Shown: positions 24,960-38,540 of the stretch, piece by piece
Position numbering within the stretch: position 1 is the first letter of the stretch
Layout: each line of letters begins with the position of its first letter
NCBI RefSeq assembly: GCF_028641065.1
Contig: NC_073407.1
Span: 186,001 to 250,000, forward strand
Reading direction: 5' to 3'
Length of the DNA stretch: 64,000 nucleotides
Source: Leucoraja erinacea
Taxonomy: Eukaryota
The notes under the pieces: generated by a model
Databases searched by the model: none
Told to the model about the DNA's origin: nothing
What the model saw: the letters and a program-made list of their open reading frames with translations, nothing else
Position numbers and translations under genes: made by a program

Positions 24960-25535
24960 TTGCATATAAATCTTTCTAACTTCTACAGGTGCACAATAGA
25001 GAGCATGCTGACCGGTTGCATCGTGGCTTGGTTCGGCAACTTGAACGCCCTGGAGAGAAAAAGACTACAAAAAGTAGTAAACACTGCCCAGTCCATCATC
25101 GGCCCTGACCTCCGTCCCATCGAGGCGATCTATCGCAGTCGCTGCCTCAAAAAGGCTGGCAGCATCATCATGGACTACACACTCCTGGCCACACACTCAT
25201 CTCTCTGCTAACTTAATGTAGAAGGTACAGGAGCCTGAAGACTGCAACGACCAGGTTGAGTAAAAGCTACTTCCCCACAGCCATCAGGTTACTAAACATG
25301 GCTCGGACAAAACTCTGAACATTAATAGCCCATTATCTGTTATTTGCACGTAATCAGTTTATTCATTCATGCGTGTATGTATTTATATAATGGTATATGA
25401 ACACACTGATTTGTTCTGTAGTCATGCCTACTATGTTCAGTTGTGCTGAAGCAAAGCACAAATTTCATGGTCCTTTCAGGGACACATGACAATAAACTTT
25501 CTTGAATCTTGAATCGTGAATCTTGAATCTGAACG
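24960..25535 (+). mobile_element. Rex1-like LINE 3' fragment containing the empty DIRS target site (AATAG 25324-25328)
   Basis: NFYRCTIESMLTGCIVAWFGN...RLQKVVNTAQSIIG; tail GACAATAAA(CTTGAAT)n. Confidence 0.8.
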
Positions 25536-25949
25536 TGCCTTGGAAAGTTGTGCATGTTCATGCTTCTTAGGACATTTAACAACTCCTCTGACTGTAATGT
25601 AAATTGCCCTCAAGACATTGCCTTTGATTTCTCTAACTTCTCTCATCCTCATATCTTTCTCAGCAGTACAAACAAAGGAGAAATGTTCATGGACAGAACC
25701 CAGCTCCTGCGACTTCACATATAGGTGATCGATTTAGTTTCAGAGAGTCCTTTGATTTCGATTATGTACTATCAGCAATATTACATTTGGACCTGAGACC
25801 AGGCCGGCTCACATTTCGTTTTGCAGGACCATGAAAGGACTTAACAAGGGATCGGAGTACAATTGCCTCTTATTGAACGACGTAACCAACTCTCTCGATG
25901 AAGATGTATTTCCATGTGATTGTGCACCGGGTATGTTCACGTACCACAT

Positions 25950-26920
25950 TCAGATTAATGATTCGGATAAAGGAATTAAAAATAACATTAACAAATTTAC
26001 AGATGACACAACCCTGGGTGGCTGTGTGAACTGTGAAGATGATGTTATGAGGATGCAGGGTGACTTGAACAGGTTAGGTTGTGGGCCAATGCATGGCAGG
26101 TGCATATAATGTGGATAAATGTGAAGTTGTCCACTTCGGTGGTAAGAACCGGAATGCAGATTCTTATCTGAATGGCGTCTGGTTATGAAAAGGGGAAGTA
26201 CAATGAGACCTGGGTGTCCTTGTACATCAGTCACTGAAAGTAAGCATGCAGGTACAACGGGTAGTGAAGAAAGCTATTGGCATGTTGGCCTTCATAACGA
26301 GAGGAGTTGAGTATAGGAGCAAATACGTCCTTCTGCAGTTATACAGGGCCCTGGTGATACTACACCTGCCGTATTGTGTGCAGTTTTGGTCTCCTAATTT
26401 GAGGAAGGGCATTCTTACTAATGAGGGAGTGCAGCGTAGGTTCACGAGGTTAACTACCGGAATGGCGGGACTGTCATATGATGAAAGAATGTATTCATTG
26501 AAATTTATTTAGAAGGAGGAGAGGGTATCTTATAAAAAACATAAACAATTATTAAGAAATTAGACACGTTAGATGCAGGAAACATGTTTCCGATGTTGGG
26601 GAATCCAGAACAAGGGACCACAGTTTAAGAATAAGGGGTATGCCATTTAGAACTGAGAGGAGGAAAAACTTTTTCTCACAGAAAGGTGTGAATTTGTGAA
26701 ATTCTCTGCCTCAGAAGACAGTGGAGGCCAATTCAGTGGATGCATTCAAAAGAGAGTTCGATAGAGCTCTTCAGGCTAGCGGAATCAAGGGGTATGGGGA
26801 GAAGGCAGGAACGGGGTACTGATTGTGGAAGATCAGCCAAGATCACATTGAATGGCGGTTTTGCATCGAAGGGCCGAATGTCTTAATCCTACATCTATTG
26901 TCTATGTTGCTATGTATCTA
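25950..26920 (+). mobile_element. CR1 3' fragment shared by both duplication units (B copy 46330-47710)
   Basis: KFTDDTTLGG, YCVQFWSPNLRK, CR1 tail. Confidence 0.85.
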
Positions 26921-29232
26921 ATGTGATTTAATAGTAAAAATGTCATTGGAACAATGGTTGCGTGAGCCGTTTTACAACATAATGAGAAATAGGAGCAGAG
27001 GAACATGTTCGTGCTTATTCCCCTCTTCACATTGATGTTGGGGTATCGTGCACTTCCAATTCCTTATCCTTCTTTCTTCAAGTATTTACTCATGCCACTG
27101 CTCCCAGCAACAACAGCTAACCAATTTGTGGATATATTTAATGATTTCATATTAATTGCCATTCCTATTCCAACTCAGTTCATCCAGTCTACGCGGCTTT
27201 AAGTCTCCAATGGTTTGACTGCGGTCTGACATTGTTAATCGGAGCTTCACATTAGGTCGCATCGTGACGTGCGTTGAGGTGACAAGATATGTGTTGATGA
27301 TTGATGTGTTTCTGCTTCCATTGAATTTCACCGTGATCTCATAAGTTGAGACAGTTCATAAGTGCTCGGAGCCGAATTAGGTCATTCGACCCATCAAGTC
27401 TGCTCCACTATTCAATAATGGCTGATCTATGTTTCCTTCTTAACATAATTCTCCTGCCTTCTTCCCACCAGCCCCGCACTAATCAAGAATGAATCTGCGT
27501 TGAAGATATCCACAGCCTTCTTTTCAGTGGCGGATTGAAATCGGGCCACATGGTCCTACCTATTAGTGAGATTACACGACGAATATTTTCCTCCTGGATT
27601 ACTGCTTGAAGGAAAGGTTACATTTAATTTAATATATCAATGGCAACTTTACTACGTATTCTGAAACCAGGGATTGACATTTCACTGCCAACGATGGGCG
27701 AGAGCTTGCAATGCAACTGAAAGTATATATCTATGGAATATGTGCAGCTAAAAGTGATGAGCTGTGTCCAGTCCACTACCCGGAGAGCAAAAGCCACAGT
27801 TGATGAATTGGATACAACAAGAAAAAAATACTTCACAGCAACAGAGCTGTCATACAAACGTTACACGGTACACAAAAATGCTGGAGAAACTCAGCGGGTG
27901 CAGCAGCATCTATGGAGCTAGGACATAGGCAACGTTTCGGGCCGAAACCCTTCTTCAGAACAAACGTTCCAATTGGCTGCATGGTACATCATTCGATGCA
28001 ATTGTTGATGATAAGCACTCTGAAGAGTGGACACAATGTGTCTGGAATGGCCGGGATTAGCTCCACGGTAGCACAGCCTTGCCACTATACGGGTATTCCA
28101 GACAGGATGCGAGTAAGGGATTATCTCACACAGACACAACGGAGAGATCAGATATCTGGACTGATTGAAAATCACACACAGCACAATCAGTGTATATCTG
28201 AAGTGTAGAAGATCGCCAATACCCAAAAAAGGACTTTGGGTGAACTCATCTGTCTAAGGTAGACAAAATGCTGGAGAAACTCAGCGGGTGAGGCGAAGGA
28301 ATAGGTGACGATTCGGCTCCAGTCCCTTCTTCAGACTGATGTGGGGGTGGGGGGCAGGGGAAAGGAAGAGACCGTAGGCTGTGCGAGAGTTGGGAATGGG
28401 GAAGGGAAGGAGGGAGAAAGCAAGGACTACCGCAAAATGTTCAATGTTCATACCGCTGGGATGTAAACTACCCAGGCGAAATATGAGGTGCTGCTCCTCC
28501 AATTTGTGGTGGAGGCCCAGGACAGAAAGGTATGGATTTGGTGGTCAGAAGGGCCTGTTTCTACGCCGTGTGACCATGACAATGGCGGATTTTTTCGGAT
28601 TACCCATCGATTTCTTGTGGGAAACCACTAAGATTAGCGTTAATACCTCAACTAAACGCAATCTGTAGAATGTACCGTACGCACTGGAGCGCCGTTGCTT
28701 CATCATAAAAAATAGTACGGTGTCAAATTGTGAGAACACGCAATGGCTGTACTGAGTTGTGAACAGTGGCAACGAAATTAACATATGATATATCACGAAT
28801 GAAATTGTGAGATTATATATTTTCAAATGCAAACAGAAAAAGCAACTATTGTTTAAATAGAGTTGCACCTCAACTGAATAATTGTTGCGGATTTTGAAAG
28901 ACTCTGCCTCAGCGGTGGAGGCAGGTTCTCTGGTTGGTTTAAAGAGAGAACTATATAAGGCTCTTAAAATAGCGGAGTCAGACGATATGGGAGGAAGGCA
29001 GGAACGGGGTGCTGATTGGGGATGATCAGCCATAATCACATTGAATGGCGGTGCTGGCTCGACGGGCCAGGTGGCCTGCTCCGGCACATATTGTCTAAGA
29101 CAACGTGTTAGAGGTAGACAAAAAAATGCTGTAGCAACTCAGCGGGACGGGCAGCATTTCTGCAGAGAAGAAACGGGTGACTGACGAAGAAGGGTCTTGA
29201 CCTGACACGTCACACGTTCCTTCTCTCCAGAG

Positions 29233-32200
29233 GCAAGGCAAAGCAAGGCAAGTTTATTTGTATAGCACCATTCGTGCAAACAGCAATTCAAGGTGCTTTA
29301 CAGGAAAGAAAAAATAAAATAGTCAATAATTAAAAATTGCAAAACAAGCAATACGACAAATGTGTGAATAATAAAACAACGTCAATGAAACAATAAAACG
29401 ATTTTAAAAAGCACATAAAATGGTTAAAATTAGACGGTTAAGATTACCTGCATGTCGGGTTATGGACAAGCTATAGTAAACAGTGTTTTGAGAAAAAAAA
29501 AAATGAAATGAAATGATTCAATTTATTGTCATTGTCAGTGTACAGTACAGAGACAACGAAATGCATTTTTAGCATCTCCCTTGAAAGGGAGACACAGGGC
29601 GTCGCGGTGTGCCCGCGCCTGCCGCCGTAACATTCCATTACAGGCAAAGGTAGGTGAAGTGTCTTGCCCAAGGACACAACGACAGTATGCACTCCAAGCG
29701 GGATTTGAACCGGCTACCTTCCGGTCGCCAGCCGAACTCTTAGCCCATTGTGCTATCTGTCGGCCTGATTTAAATGCGCTTACAGTCTGTGCACACCTCA
29801 GGTGTTCAGGGAGCTTGTTCCACAGGTGTGGAGCATAAAAACCGAATGCTGCTTCAGCCTTTTTAGTTCTGACCCTGGAAACACAGAGTAAACCTGTCCC
29901 TGAAGATCTGAGGAGTCTAGGCGCCTCATATACAACAAGTAGGTCAGAGATGTATTTTGGACCTAGACCATTCAGTGCCTTGTAGGTCAGCAACATAATT
30001 TTAAAATCTATCCTCTTACACACTGGTAGCCAGTGCAAAGATTTAAGGACAGGTGTAAATGTGATTCATTTTCTTGGTGTTGGTCAAGACTCTGGCAGCG
30101 GCATTTTGGATAAGCTGCAGTTGTTTAATTGATTTTTTATTGAGACCTGTAAATATGCCATTACAATAATCTAACCTACTAAAAATATATGCATGAACAA
30201 GTTTTTCAGTGTCTTCTTTGGACAGAAATCCCTTGATTCTTGCAATATTTTTTAGATGGTAATAGACAGATCTTGTAATGGTCTTTATATGGCTGTTAGA
30301 ATTCAAATCCGAGTCCATAACTACACCAAGGTTTCTGGCTTTGTCTGTGGTTTTCAGTGCAATTGAGTCGAGTTGAGCACTCACCTCTAGCCTTGTTTTT
30401 TTGGGACCAAAGACAATAATTTCTGTCTTATTTGCATTGAGCTGGAGGAAGTTCTGGTTCATCCACTCATTGATATGTTTGACACACTGGCTCAGTGAGT
30501 GTAGGGGACTATGGTCATGTGGTGACACTGCGATATATAGTTGTGTGTCATCGGCATAAGTGTGGTAGGATATGTTAAAATGCTGTATAATCTGAGCTGG
30601 GGGAGCATATAAATGTTGAACAAAATGGGTCCAAGAATGGAGCCCTGAGGAACCCCGCATGTGAGTTTTGTACATTCTGATTCAAAATTACCAAGGGAAA
30701 CAAAATAATCCTGATCTTTCAAGTAAGATTTGAACCAGTCCAGCGCAGAACCAGAGAGTCCCACCCACTTCTCCAGTCTGTTAAGCAGTATGTTGTGGTC
30801 CACCATATCAAAAGCAGCACTGAGATCTAGAAGTACCAGAACTGAAGCTTTTGATGCATCACTGTTTAGATGTATGTCGTTTAGGACCTTAGTGAGTGCA
30901 GTCTCGGTGCTGTGATGTGGCCGAAATCCCGACTGGAAAACATTAAAAATATTGTTTTGGGTTATAAAGCAGTACATTTGTTGGTAAACTACCCTTTCAA
31001 TAATCTTTGCCAAAAATGCTAAATCAGATATGGGCCTGTAGTTGCTCGTAGCTGAGGCATCCACATTAGGCTTCTTCAATAGGGGCTTGATCACTGCTGT
31101 TTTTAAGGCTTCGGGAAAATGCCCCAATTGAAGGGAAGTGTTTACTATGTTCAGTACTTCTGGTGCAACACTGTTAAAAATATTTTTAAAGAAGCTTGTG
31201 GGCAGCAGATCAAGACAGCAGGTAGTGGACTTTAGCTGTTGAACAGTTTCAGTCAGAGATGCACAATCTAAAAGTTTAAAATGTTGTAGATTCATTAGTG
31301 AATCTGGAGGCATAGGTGACAAAGCCATGTTCCCTGAGGTGGAGCTAGACATTGTCTTATCTTCAGAATTTTATCGGTGAAGAAATCTGCAAAGTCATTG
31401 CACGACTTGCTGGACAGGAGCTCAGGAGGGACTGATGATGAGGGGTTTGTCAGTCTATCGACAACAGCAAACAGGGTGCGGGAATTATTATTTTTGTTGA
31501 TAACCTTTGAGAAAAAGGACTGTCTTGCCCTTTCAATTCCTGATTATAGATACGGAGGTTGTCTTTGTAGATGTCGTAGTGGACCTGTAGTTTGGTTTTT
31601 CGCCACCTACGTTCGGCCTGTCTACACTTTGTTCTTTGGGATCTCACTGCTGTGCCATTTCTCCATGGTGACTTTTTCCTTCCAGATAAAACCTTGGTCT
31701 TTAGTGGTGCAATAGCATCCATAAGAGTCATAACATTGGAGCTAAAACCATCCACAAGGTCATCGACAGAGGCCGAGGGCAGAGTTGGTGGTGGTGTATA
31801 GGCCTGAGTAAACAATGCGCCGGTGTTTTCATTGATACAGCGCCTTTCGATCACCTCTGGATCTTTTCTGATTCTGCTAGCAGAGATGGTCGTTTTAAAA
31901 AATACACAGTGGTGATCGGAAAGAGCAACACCAGTCACCATAACATCAGAAATGTCGAGACCCTTGGAAACAATCAGATCCAATATATGCCCCCTATTGT
32001 GAGTTGGCTCTGTTACGTACTGATTAAGTCCAAATATGTCCAAAATGTTCAGGAGCTCTTTTGTACCTCCATCCTCTGCATTATCTATGTGAATATTAAA
32101 ATCACCCACTAAGACAACACAATCAAAATCAATGCATACAATGGACAGTAATTTGGCAATCTCATCACAAAAACTGTGCATCATATTTTGGTGGCCTGTA

Positions 32201-32409
32201 AATAGTTAAAAGTATTGTTCGCTGAGGAGAACTCAGCTGAGCAGCGACATATTCGAAGGAGTTGAAATTCCCACATAACATTTTCTTACATTGTAAAGTC
32301 TCTTTATATAAAATGGCGACTCCACTTACTTTTCTGTGTATTCTGGCTTAATTTATAAAAATAAAACCGGGAGGTTCTGATTCAATCAAAACTGTGTCAC
32401 TATTATTTA
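29233..32409 (-). mobile_element. L2-clade LINE (5'-truncated ORF2: EN-RT, frameshifted), TSD CAGAG
   Basis: VGDFNIH, THNRGHILDL, SDH, NYRPISDL, QSGFRPHHSTETAL, LLDLSAAFD, GVPQGSILGP, YADDTQLY, HWLPV..RIDFKI; tail GCTATACAAATAAA(CTTGC)n; CAGAG at 29228-29232 and 32410-32414. Confidence 0.93.
29495..29764 (-). mobile_element. tRNA-derived SINE nested in the L2 3' end
   Basis: Minus strand: A-box-like TAGCACAATGG, B-box GGTTCAAATCC, CORE-like GTGTCCTTGGGCAAGACACTT, LINE-like tail TTCGTTG...CAATGACAATAAA. Confidence 0.8.
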
Positions 32410-34805
32410 CAGAGATGCTGCCTGTCCTGCTAAATTACTCCAGCATTTTGTGTCTACCTTCGATTTAGAACAGCATCTGCAGTTCTTTCCTACACGTGTT
32501 AGCGATAGATGCAGTTCCAACTAGATAGGCTGCTGGCATGTTGCTACCTTTGCAACGGTGACAGAGGATAATGATTCGGAAGTTTGCAGTGTCCAGATCA
32601 GACCGCATCTGAATACAGTTGAGAATCCCATATGGAAGATATTGGATTATTCTATTGGAGGTAGTACAAATGTTCACTTAGATAACCCTTGGGCAAAAGA
32701 GATGACATACAAATACACGTTAAATAGATTGGGGCAAGACCCACTGTAGTTTATAAAAATCGACAGCTGATTGGGGATTGAAGGGGCAGGTGCTGAGATG
32801 AGGAGCCCTCCACGTGGTTTATACAGACTGGGGGGACATAATTTCTTAATAAGGGATAACACAATGAAGATGAAGAGGCGGGACGAATGCTCTCTGATGG
32901 AGAGAAAGAGAGTCCAGTCAAACTCCCACTGCCATCAGTGTGATATCAAAAGGGGTTAAGAAAAATCAGCGGTAAATTACATTTCACGTCTGTTTCTGCG
33001 TTTATTTCCACATAGCATTCTACGGGATGTAGTATAATTACACACCTTACAGCAAATCCACAAATAAAAGCATTATGGATGCAATAAATACTGAGAGGAG
33101 ACGTTCTATAATAAAGTATATTTAGAAGCAGGATTGGCCGTAGCACCTGTGAGCTCAACTCATCAAACAAATCATGGCTGTTTGACCTGTTTCCTCCAAG
33201 AATCATTGTGTCCCACTCGTTCTAAGAGCCATATCTATCCCCGTGTTGGATGCATTTAACGCTATGCTATTTGATGTAATTTCCCTTCCAACACGATTCA
33301 TTCAGTATTCACCGGCTTGAGTCTATGTCGTCGAAACGGCAGCCTGGAAATGTTTACCGGAGTGATGCATCAATAACGTCTCGCGCGAACCGGGCGAGTC
33401 ATGTGTTGCTGGGCAGGGTTGGGAGTCTTAGGGATGCAGTCACTATCATGGGTTCGCTCCCTGACAGCGAGCTGGAACATCTGCACATGTCTGCACGGAA
33501 CCCACAGGTGTTTCCGTTCAGTTGCTTTGTGAGCTCCTTCCCCGTGGCGGTCCATGAAATGTTGTACACCGGCCCTAGCATTCTACTTATTAATGAGATT
33601 TCACAAGGGATATATTACGCATTGTCTGTTGTTTTAAGGGATGGTAAAATGTTCTTTTATATCAATTGATGTTCTGTCCACTACTCTCCTGCATATTCTT
33701 AGGCCGCGGATCTATAAATTACTGCCAGCGATGGACAGGAGCTTGCAAAGTAACTGAAAGGAAGCACGTGTGGTTTACTTACAGTTAAAATGTATGGCTT
33801 GTTTCCAGTCCGCTGCTCAGCGATGATGAATGAGATCCAACAAGACAAAAGTCTTCTCAGCAACAGTTCTGTCAAAGCACCAACAAACGTTGCAATTGGC
33901 TACATGTTAGATCATTAGATTTTCGTTTTAATGGTCTGCATTCTGCACGAGTGGACATAGTGCTGTTGGACTCGATTGAGATTTGATGGAAACACCGTTA
34001 CAATGTGTATCAAATACGCGATTATTCTAGAGAGAATATATATCTCACACAAACACGCCAGACAATTCATACATTGGAATTGATTAAAGGGCGCACACCA
34101 CACTCAACGTAGGCTTGGCGTGTCCCATATCCCCCACCCCACGTGGTTTGGGTCAATAGAGTCACCTTCATCGTATGAAGGACACTGAGAGAATGCAAGT
34201 ACTTTTGTGTAAATTCCACCGAAGGCAATGAGGACATGGGTTCAATACAATATGTATTTCCCGTTACATCTCCACACTCAATGCAGTTAGCCCGATCAAT
34301 ACACAGGTCATGTTTTTATTGCAAGGCATATTCCGCAGGCTTCACCAACTGCACAATGCCTCATATGTAGGCCAAAAGATTGTTTTCATCCATCGTTGTC
34401 ATGTTCCATATGGGTCAAGTTATTGAAGAGGGACATGACAAATAGGATGTAAGGAGGTTTTAAAGAGAGGGGTGCCGAGTCTATCCCGCGTCGGCATTCA
34501 GTATGGTCCCATTCATTATGTCTAGTGAATAATTTTGCCCATAGTTTTGTTTTCCTACAATAACATAAGAACATCTGAAACATTAACTATTGATGCGGAA
34601 TCATTTGAAGATTTGCATCTCACTCTCTCGGATGCTATTCTGCGCTGCTGGGGACAATGTGCTTCTCTATCTGTATTTTAATGTTCTAATCTGAGACCTC
34701 TGGTTCAGCGATTATTTGCATCAATACCTCCATCGCGTCCGGCTGCGATCACAGAACATATAAACACATCATCTACGTTTCTGATTGATTTCTCTCAACT
34801 GTTCA

Positions 34806-36938
34806 ATAGGCAATAAACAATAGGTGCAGGAGGAGGCCATTTGGCCCTTCGAGTCAGCACTGCCATTCAATGTGATCATGGCTGATCATCCCCCATCTGT
34901 ACCCCGTTCCTGCCTTCTCCCCATATCCCCTGACTCCGCTATTTTTAAGTGCCCTATCTAGCTCTCTCTTGAAAACACCCAGATAACCTGTCCCCACCGC
35001 CCTCTGATGCAGTGAATTCCACAGACTCGCCACTCTCTGTGAGAAAAAGTGTTTTCTCGTCTCCATTCTAAATGGCTTACTCCTTATTCTTCAACTGTGG
35101 CCTCTGGCCCTGGACTCCCCCAACATCGGGAACATGTTTCCTGCCTCTAGTGTGTCCAAGCCCCTAACAATCGTATATGGAGGAACAACACCTCGTATTC
35201 CGCTTGGGGTGTCTTCATCCTGGGTGCATGAACATTGAACTATCCCAATTTTGTTAGCCCTTGCTGTCTCCTCCCCTTCCTATCTCTCCCTCTGCCCTCG
35301 GGCTCCTCCTCCTCCTTTTTCCTTTCTTCTCCCCGCCCCCCCCCTCCCCCACCCCTCCCACATCAGTCTGAAGAAGGGTTTAGGCCCGAAACGTTGCCTA
35401 TTTCCTTCGCTCCATAGATGCTGCTGCACCCGCTGAGTTTCTCCAGCATTTTTGTGTACCTTCGATTTTCCAGCATCTGCAGTTCCTTCTTAAACAATCT
35501 TATATGTTTCAATGAGATTCCCTCTCATCCTTCTAAACTCCAGAATGTACAAGTCCAACAGCTCCATTCTCTCAGCATATGACGGTCTCACCATCCAGGG
35601 AATTAACCTTGCGAACCTACGCTGCACTTGCTCAATAGCAAGAATGTCCTACCTCAAATTAGGGGACCAAAACTGCACACAATACTTCAGGTATGGTCTC
35701 ACTAGGGTTCTGCACAATGGCAGAAGGATCTCTTTGCTCCTATATTCGATGCATCTTGTTATAAAGGCCAACATGCCATTCGCTTTCTTCACTGCCTGCT
35801 GTACCAGCATGCTTACTTTCATAGACTGATGTACAAGGACCCCCAGATCCTGTTGTACTTCCCCTTTTCCCAAATTGACGCCATTTAGATAGTAATCTGC
35901 CTTCCTGTTTTTTCTACCAAAGTGGATAGCCTCTCATTTATCCGGATTAAACTTCATCTGCCATGCATCTGCTCACTACTCCAACCCGTCCAAGTCACCC
36001 TGCATTCTCATAGTTTCCTCCTCACAGTTCACATGTCCACCCAGCTTTGTGTCATCTGCACATGTGCCAATGTTACTTTTAATCCGTTCAACCAAATCAT
36101 TGATGTATATTGTAAATAGCTGCAGTGCCAGCACGAAGCCTTGCGGTATCCCACTAGTCACTGCCTGCCATTCTGAAGGGACCCGTTTATCCCTACTTTT
36201 TGTTTCCTGAATGCCAACCACTTCTCTATCCCTGTCAGCACTCTACCCCCAATACCATGTGCCCTAATTTTGCCCAATAATCTCCTATGTGGGACCTTAT
36301 CAAATGCTTTCTGAAAGTCCAGGTACATTATATCCACTGGCACCCCCTTGTCCATTTTCCTAGTTACATCTTCAAAGAATTCCAGAAGATTTGTCAAACA
36401 TGATTTCCCCTTCGTAAATCCATGCTGACTCAGACCGATCCTGTTACTGCTATCCAAATGTGCGGCTATCTCATTTTTATATTGACCCCAGCATCTTCCC
36501 CACCACCGATGTCAGGCTAACTGGTCTATAATTCCCCATTTTCTCCCTCCCACCTTTCTTAAAAAATGGGATAACATTAGCTACCCTCCAATCCACAGGA
36601 ACTGATCCTGAGTCTATAGAACATTGGAAAAGTATCACCAATGAATCCACGATTTCTAGAGCCACTTCCTTAAGTACCCTGGGATGCAGACCATCAGGCC
36701 CTGGGGATTTATCAGCCTTGAGTCCCATCAGTCTATCCAACACCATTTCCTGCCTAATGTAGATTTCAGTCAGTTCCTCTGTCACCCCAGATCCTCTGGC
36801 CACTACTATATCAGGAAGATTGTTTGTGTCCTCCTTAGTGAAGACTTATCCAAAGTACCTGTTCAACTCATCTGACATTCCCTTGTTCCCCATAATAAAT
36901 TCACCTTTTTCAGATTTCAAGGGACCAACTTTGGTCTT
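34806..36938 (-). mobile_element. CR1 LINE fragment specific to unit B (TSD TGTTCA) with a nested PLE end (~35170-35495)
   Basis: [36 protein letters not shown]; TGTTCA at 34800-34805 and 36939-36944; empty site at ~19857-19862. Confidence 0.9.
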
Positions 36939-37678
36939 TGTTCATCGGGACATCTTACGAATGTCAGCTAATGATGAAAAATGACCCGAAATTTCATGGA
37001 CAGTAACATCAGGTGTTTGGTGAAAAGAGATAAACGTATGCATAACCTGCATTGGAATAGAATGTGTTAGTACTGGATGTTCCATAGGCAAATTCAATGG
37101 CACAGTTCTGAACAGGATACTATTTTACTTAATATCCATCTGCAGGCAGCCTTAACATTCCTAAACTTACCAAGTGCAGTCTTGGCCATACGAGAGCCTA
37201 ACAAGCCCAATAATTCTTATTTAACATCACAGAGTGGTGGGGAACGGGCCGCTTGGGGATATACAGGACGGAAATACGTCCTTCGGCTCGTCTCCGCCAT
37301 ATTGACCATAATGTCCCATTGAGAACAATTCCATGTGCTCGCGATTGGTCCATATCCCTCCAAACATTACCTCGCCATTGCCCTGTCTTTTAAATGTCAC
37401 TTGTATATCCCCTCTGGTCCGCTCCGTTTACAACAGCGTGTGTGGGAAAATGTCCCACTTCATTCTCCCCTCATCTTAAATGTATGCATCACAGTCCTCG
37501 ATTCTCCGACGTATAAAAAGACTGAATTGACCGTTTCATATCCCCTCATATCCCCTGTATAGACCTCTTTAAAATTACCCCTCAGCCGCTTGCGGAACTA
37601 TCCAAACTCTCCCGAGAGCTTAGACACTCGTCGCTGGTAACATCTTTGTAAGTTCCCTTTTAGTTTCTTTCAGTTCAA

Positions 37679-38540
37679 GTCAAGTCAAGTTTATTCGTCA
37701 CATACACATACGAGATGTGAAGTGAAATGAAAAGTGGCAATGCTCGCGGACTTTTGTGCAAAAAGACAAACAAACAAACAACCAAACAAACTATAAACAC
37801 AATCACATATTCTTTTACATATTACATATTGTGGGCGGAAGGAAAAACGTTCAGTAAAGTTAGTCCCTGGTGATATAGGAGTTTACAGTCCGAATAGCCT
37901 CTGGGAAGAAACTCCTTCTCAACCTTTCCGTTCTCACAGCATGGCAACGGAGGCGTTTGCCTGACCGTAGCAGCTGGAACAGTCTGTTGCTGGGGTGGAA
38001 GGGGTCTCCTATGATTTTATTGGCTCTGGAGTTGCACCTCCTGATGTATAGTTCCTGCAGGGGGTCGAGTGAAGTTCCCATAGTGCGTTCGGCTGAACGC
38101 ACTACTCTCTGCAGAGCCTTCTTGTCCTCGGCAGAGCAATTCCCAAACCAGATGGTAATATTTCCGGACAAGATGCTTTCCACAGCCGCTGAGTAGAAGC
38201 ACTGGAGGATCCTCAGAGACACTCTGAATGTCCACAATTGCCTGAGGTGGTAAAGGCGCTGCCTTGCCTTACTCATGAGTGCTGCGGCGTGCGATGTCCA
38301 TGTCATATCCTCAGAGATGTGGACTCCCGGATATTTGAAACAGCTGACCCTATCCACAGTATCCCCATTTATCCTCAATGGAGTGTACGTCCTCGGATGA
38401 TGTGCCCTCCTAATGTCCATGATCAGCTCCTTAGTTTTTTTGATGTTCAAGAGGAGGCTGTTGTCCTGACACCAGAATGCTAAATCAGCCACCTTCTCCC
38501 CGTAGGCCTTCTCATCATTGTCTGAGATCAGGCCCACCAC
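37679..38540 (-). mobile_element. Rex1-like LINE 3' fragment, TSD CAGTTCAA
   Basis: ORF 37860..38540 reads WCQDNSLLLNIKKTKEL...KARQRLYHLRQL...SFFPEAIR; (CTTGA)n tail; TSD at 37671-37678 and 38541-38548. Confidence 0.9.

Larger units (their letters stand above)
15465..27605 (+). repeat. Segmental duplication unit A (direct copy of unit B, ~28548-48530)
   Basis: Collinear homology of unique sequence: 15465-15700/28548-28790, 17690-19865/32620-34805, 19860-20545/36940-37615, 23045-25710/37620-46310 (with inserts), 26110-27605/46330-48530. Confidence 0.92.

Noticed and set aside
29690-29764. tRNA gene
   Set aside because: A/B boxes are followed by a SINE body and LINE-like tail, so it is a SINE head.
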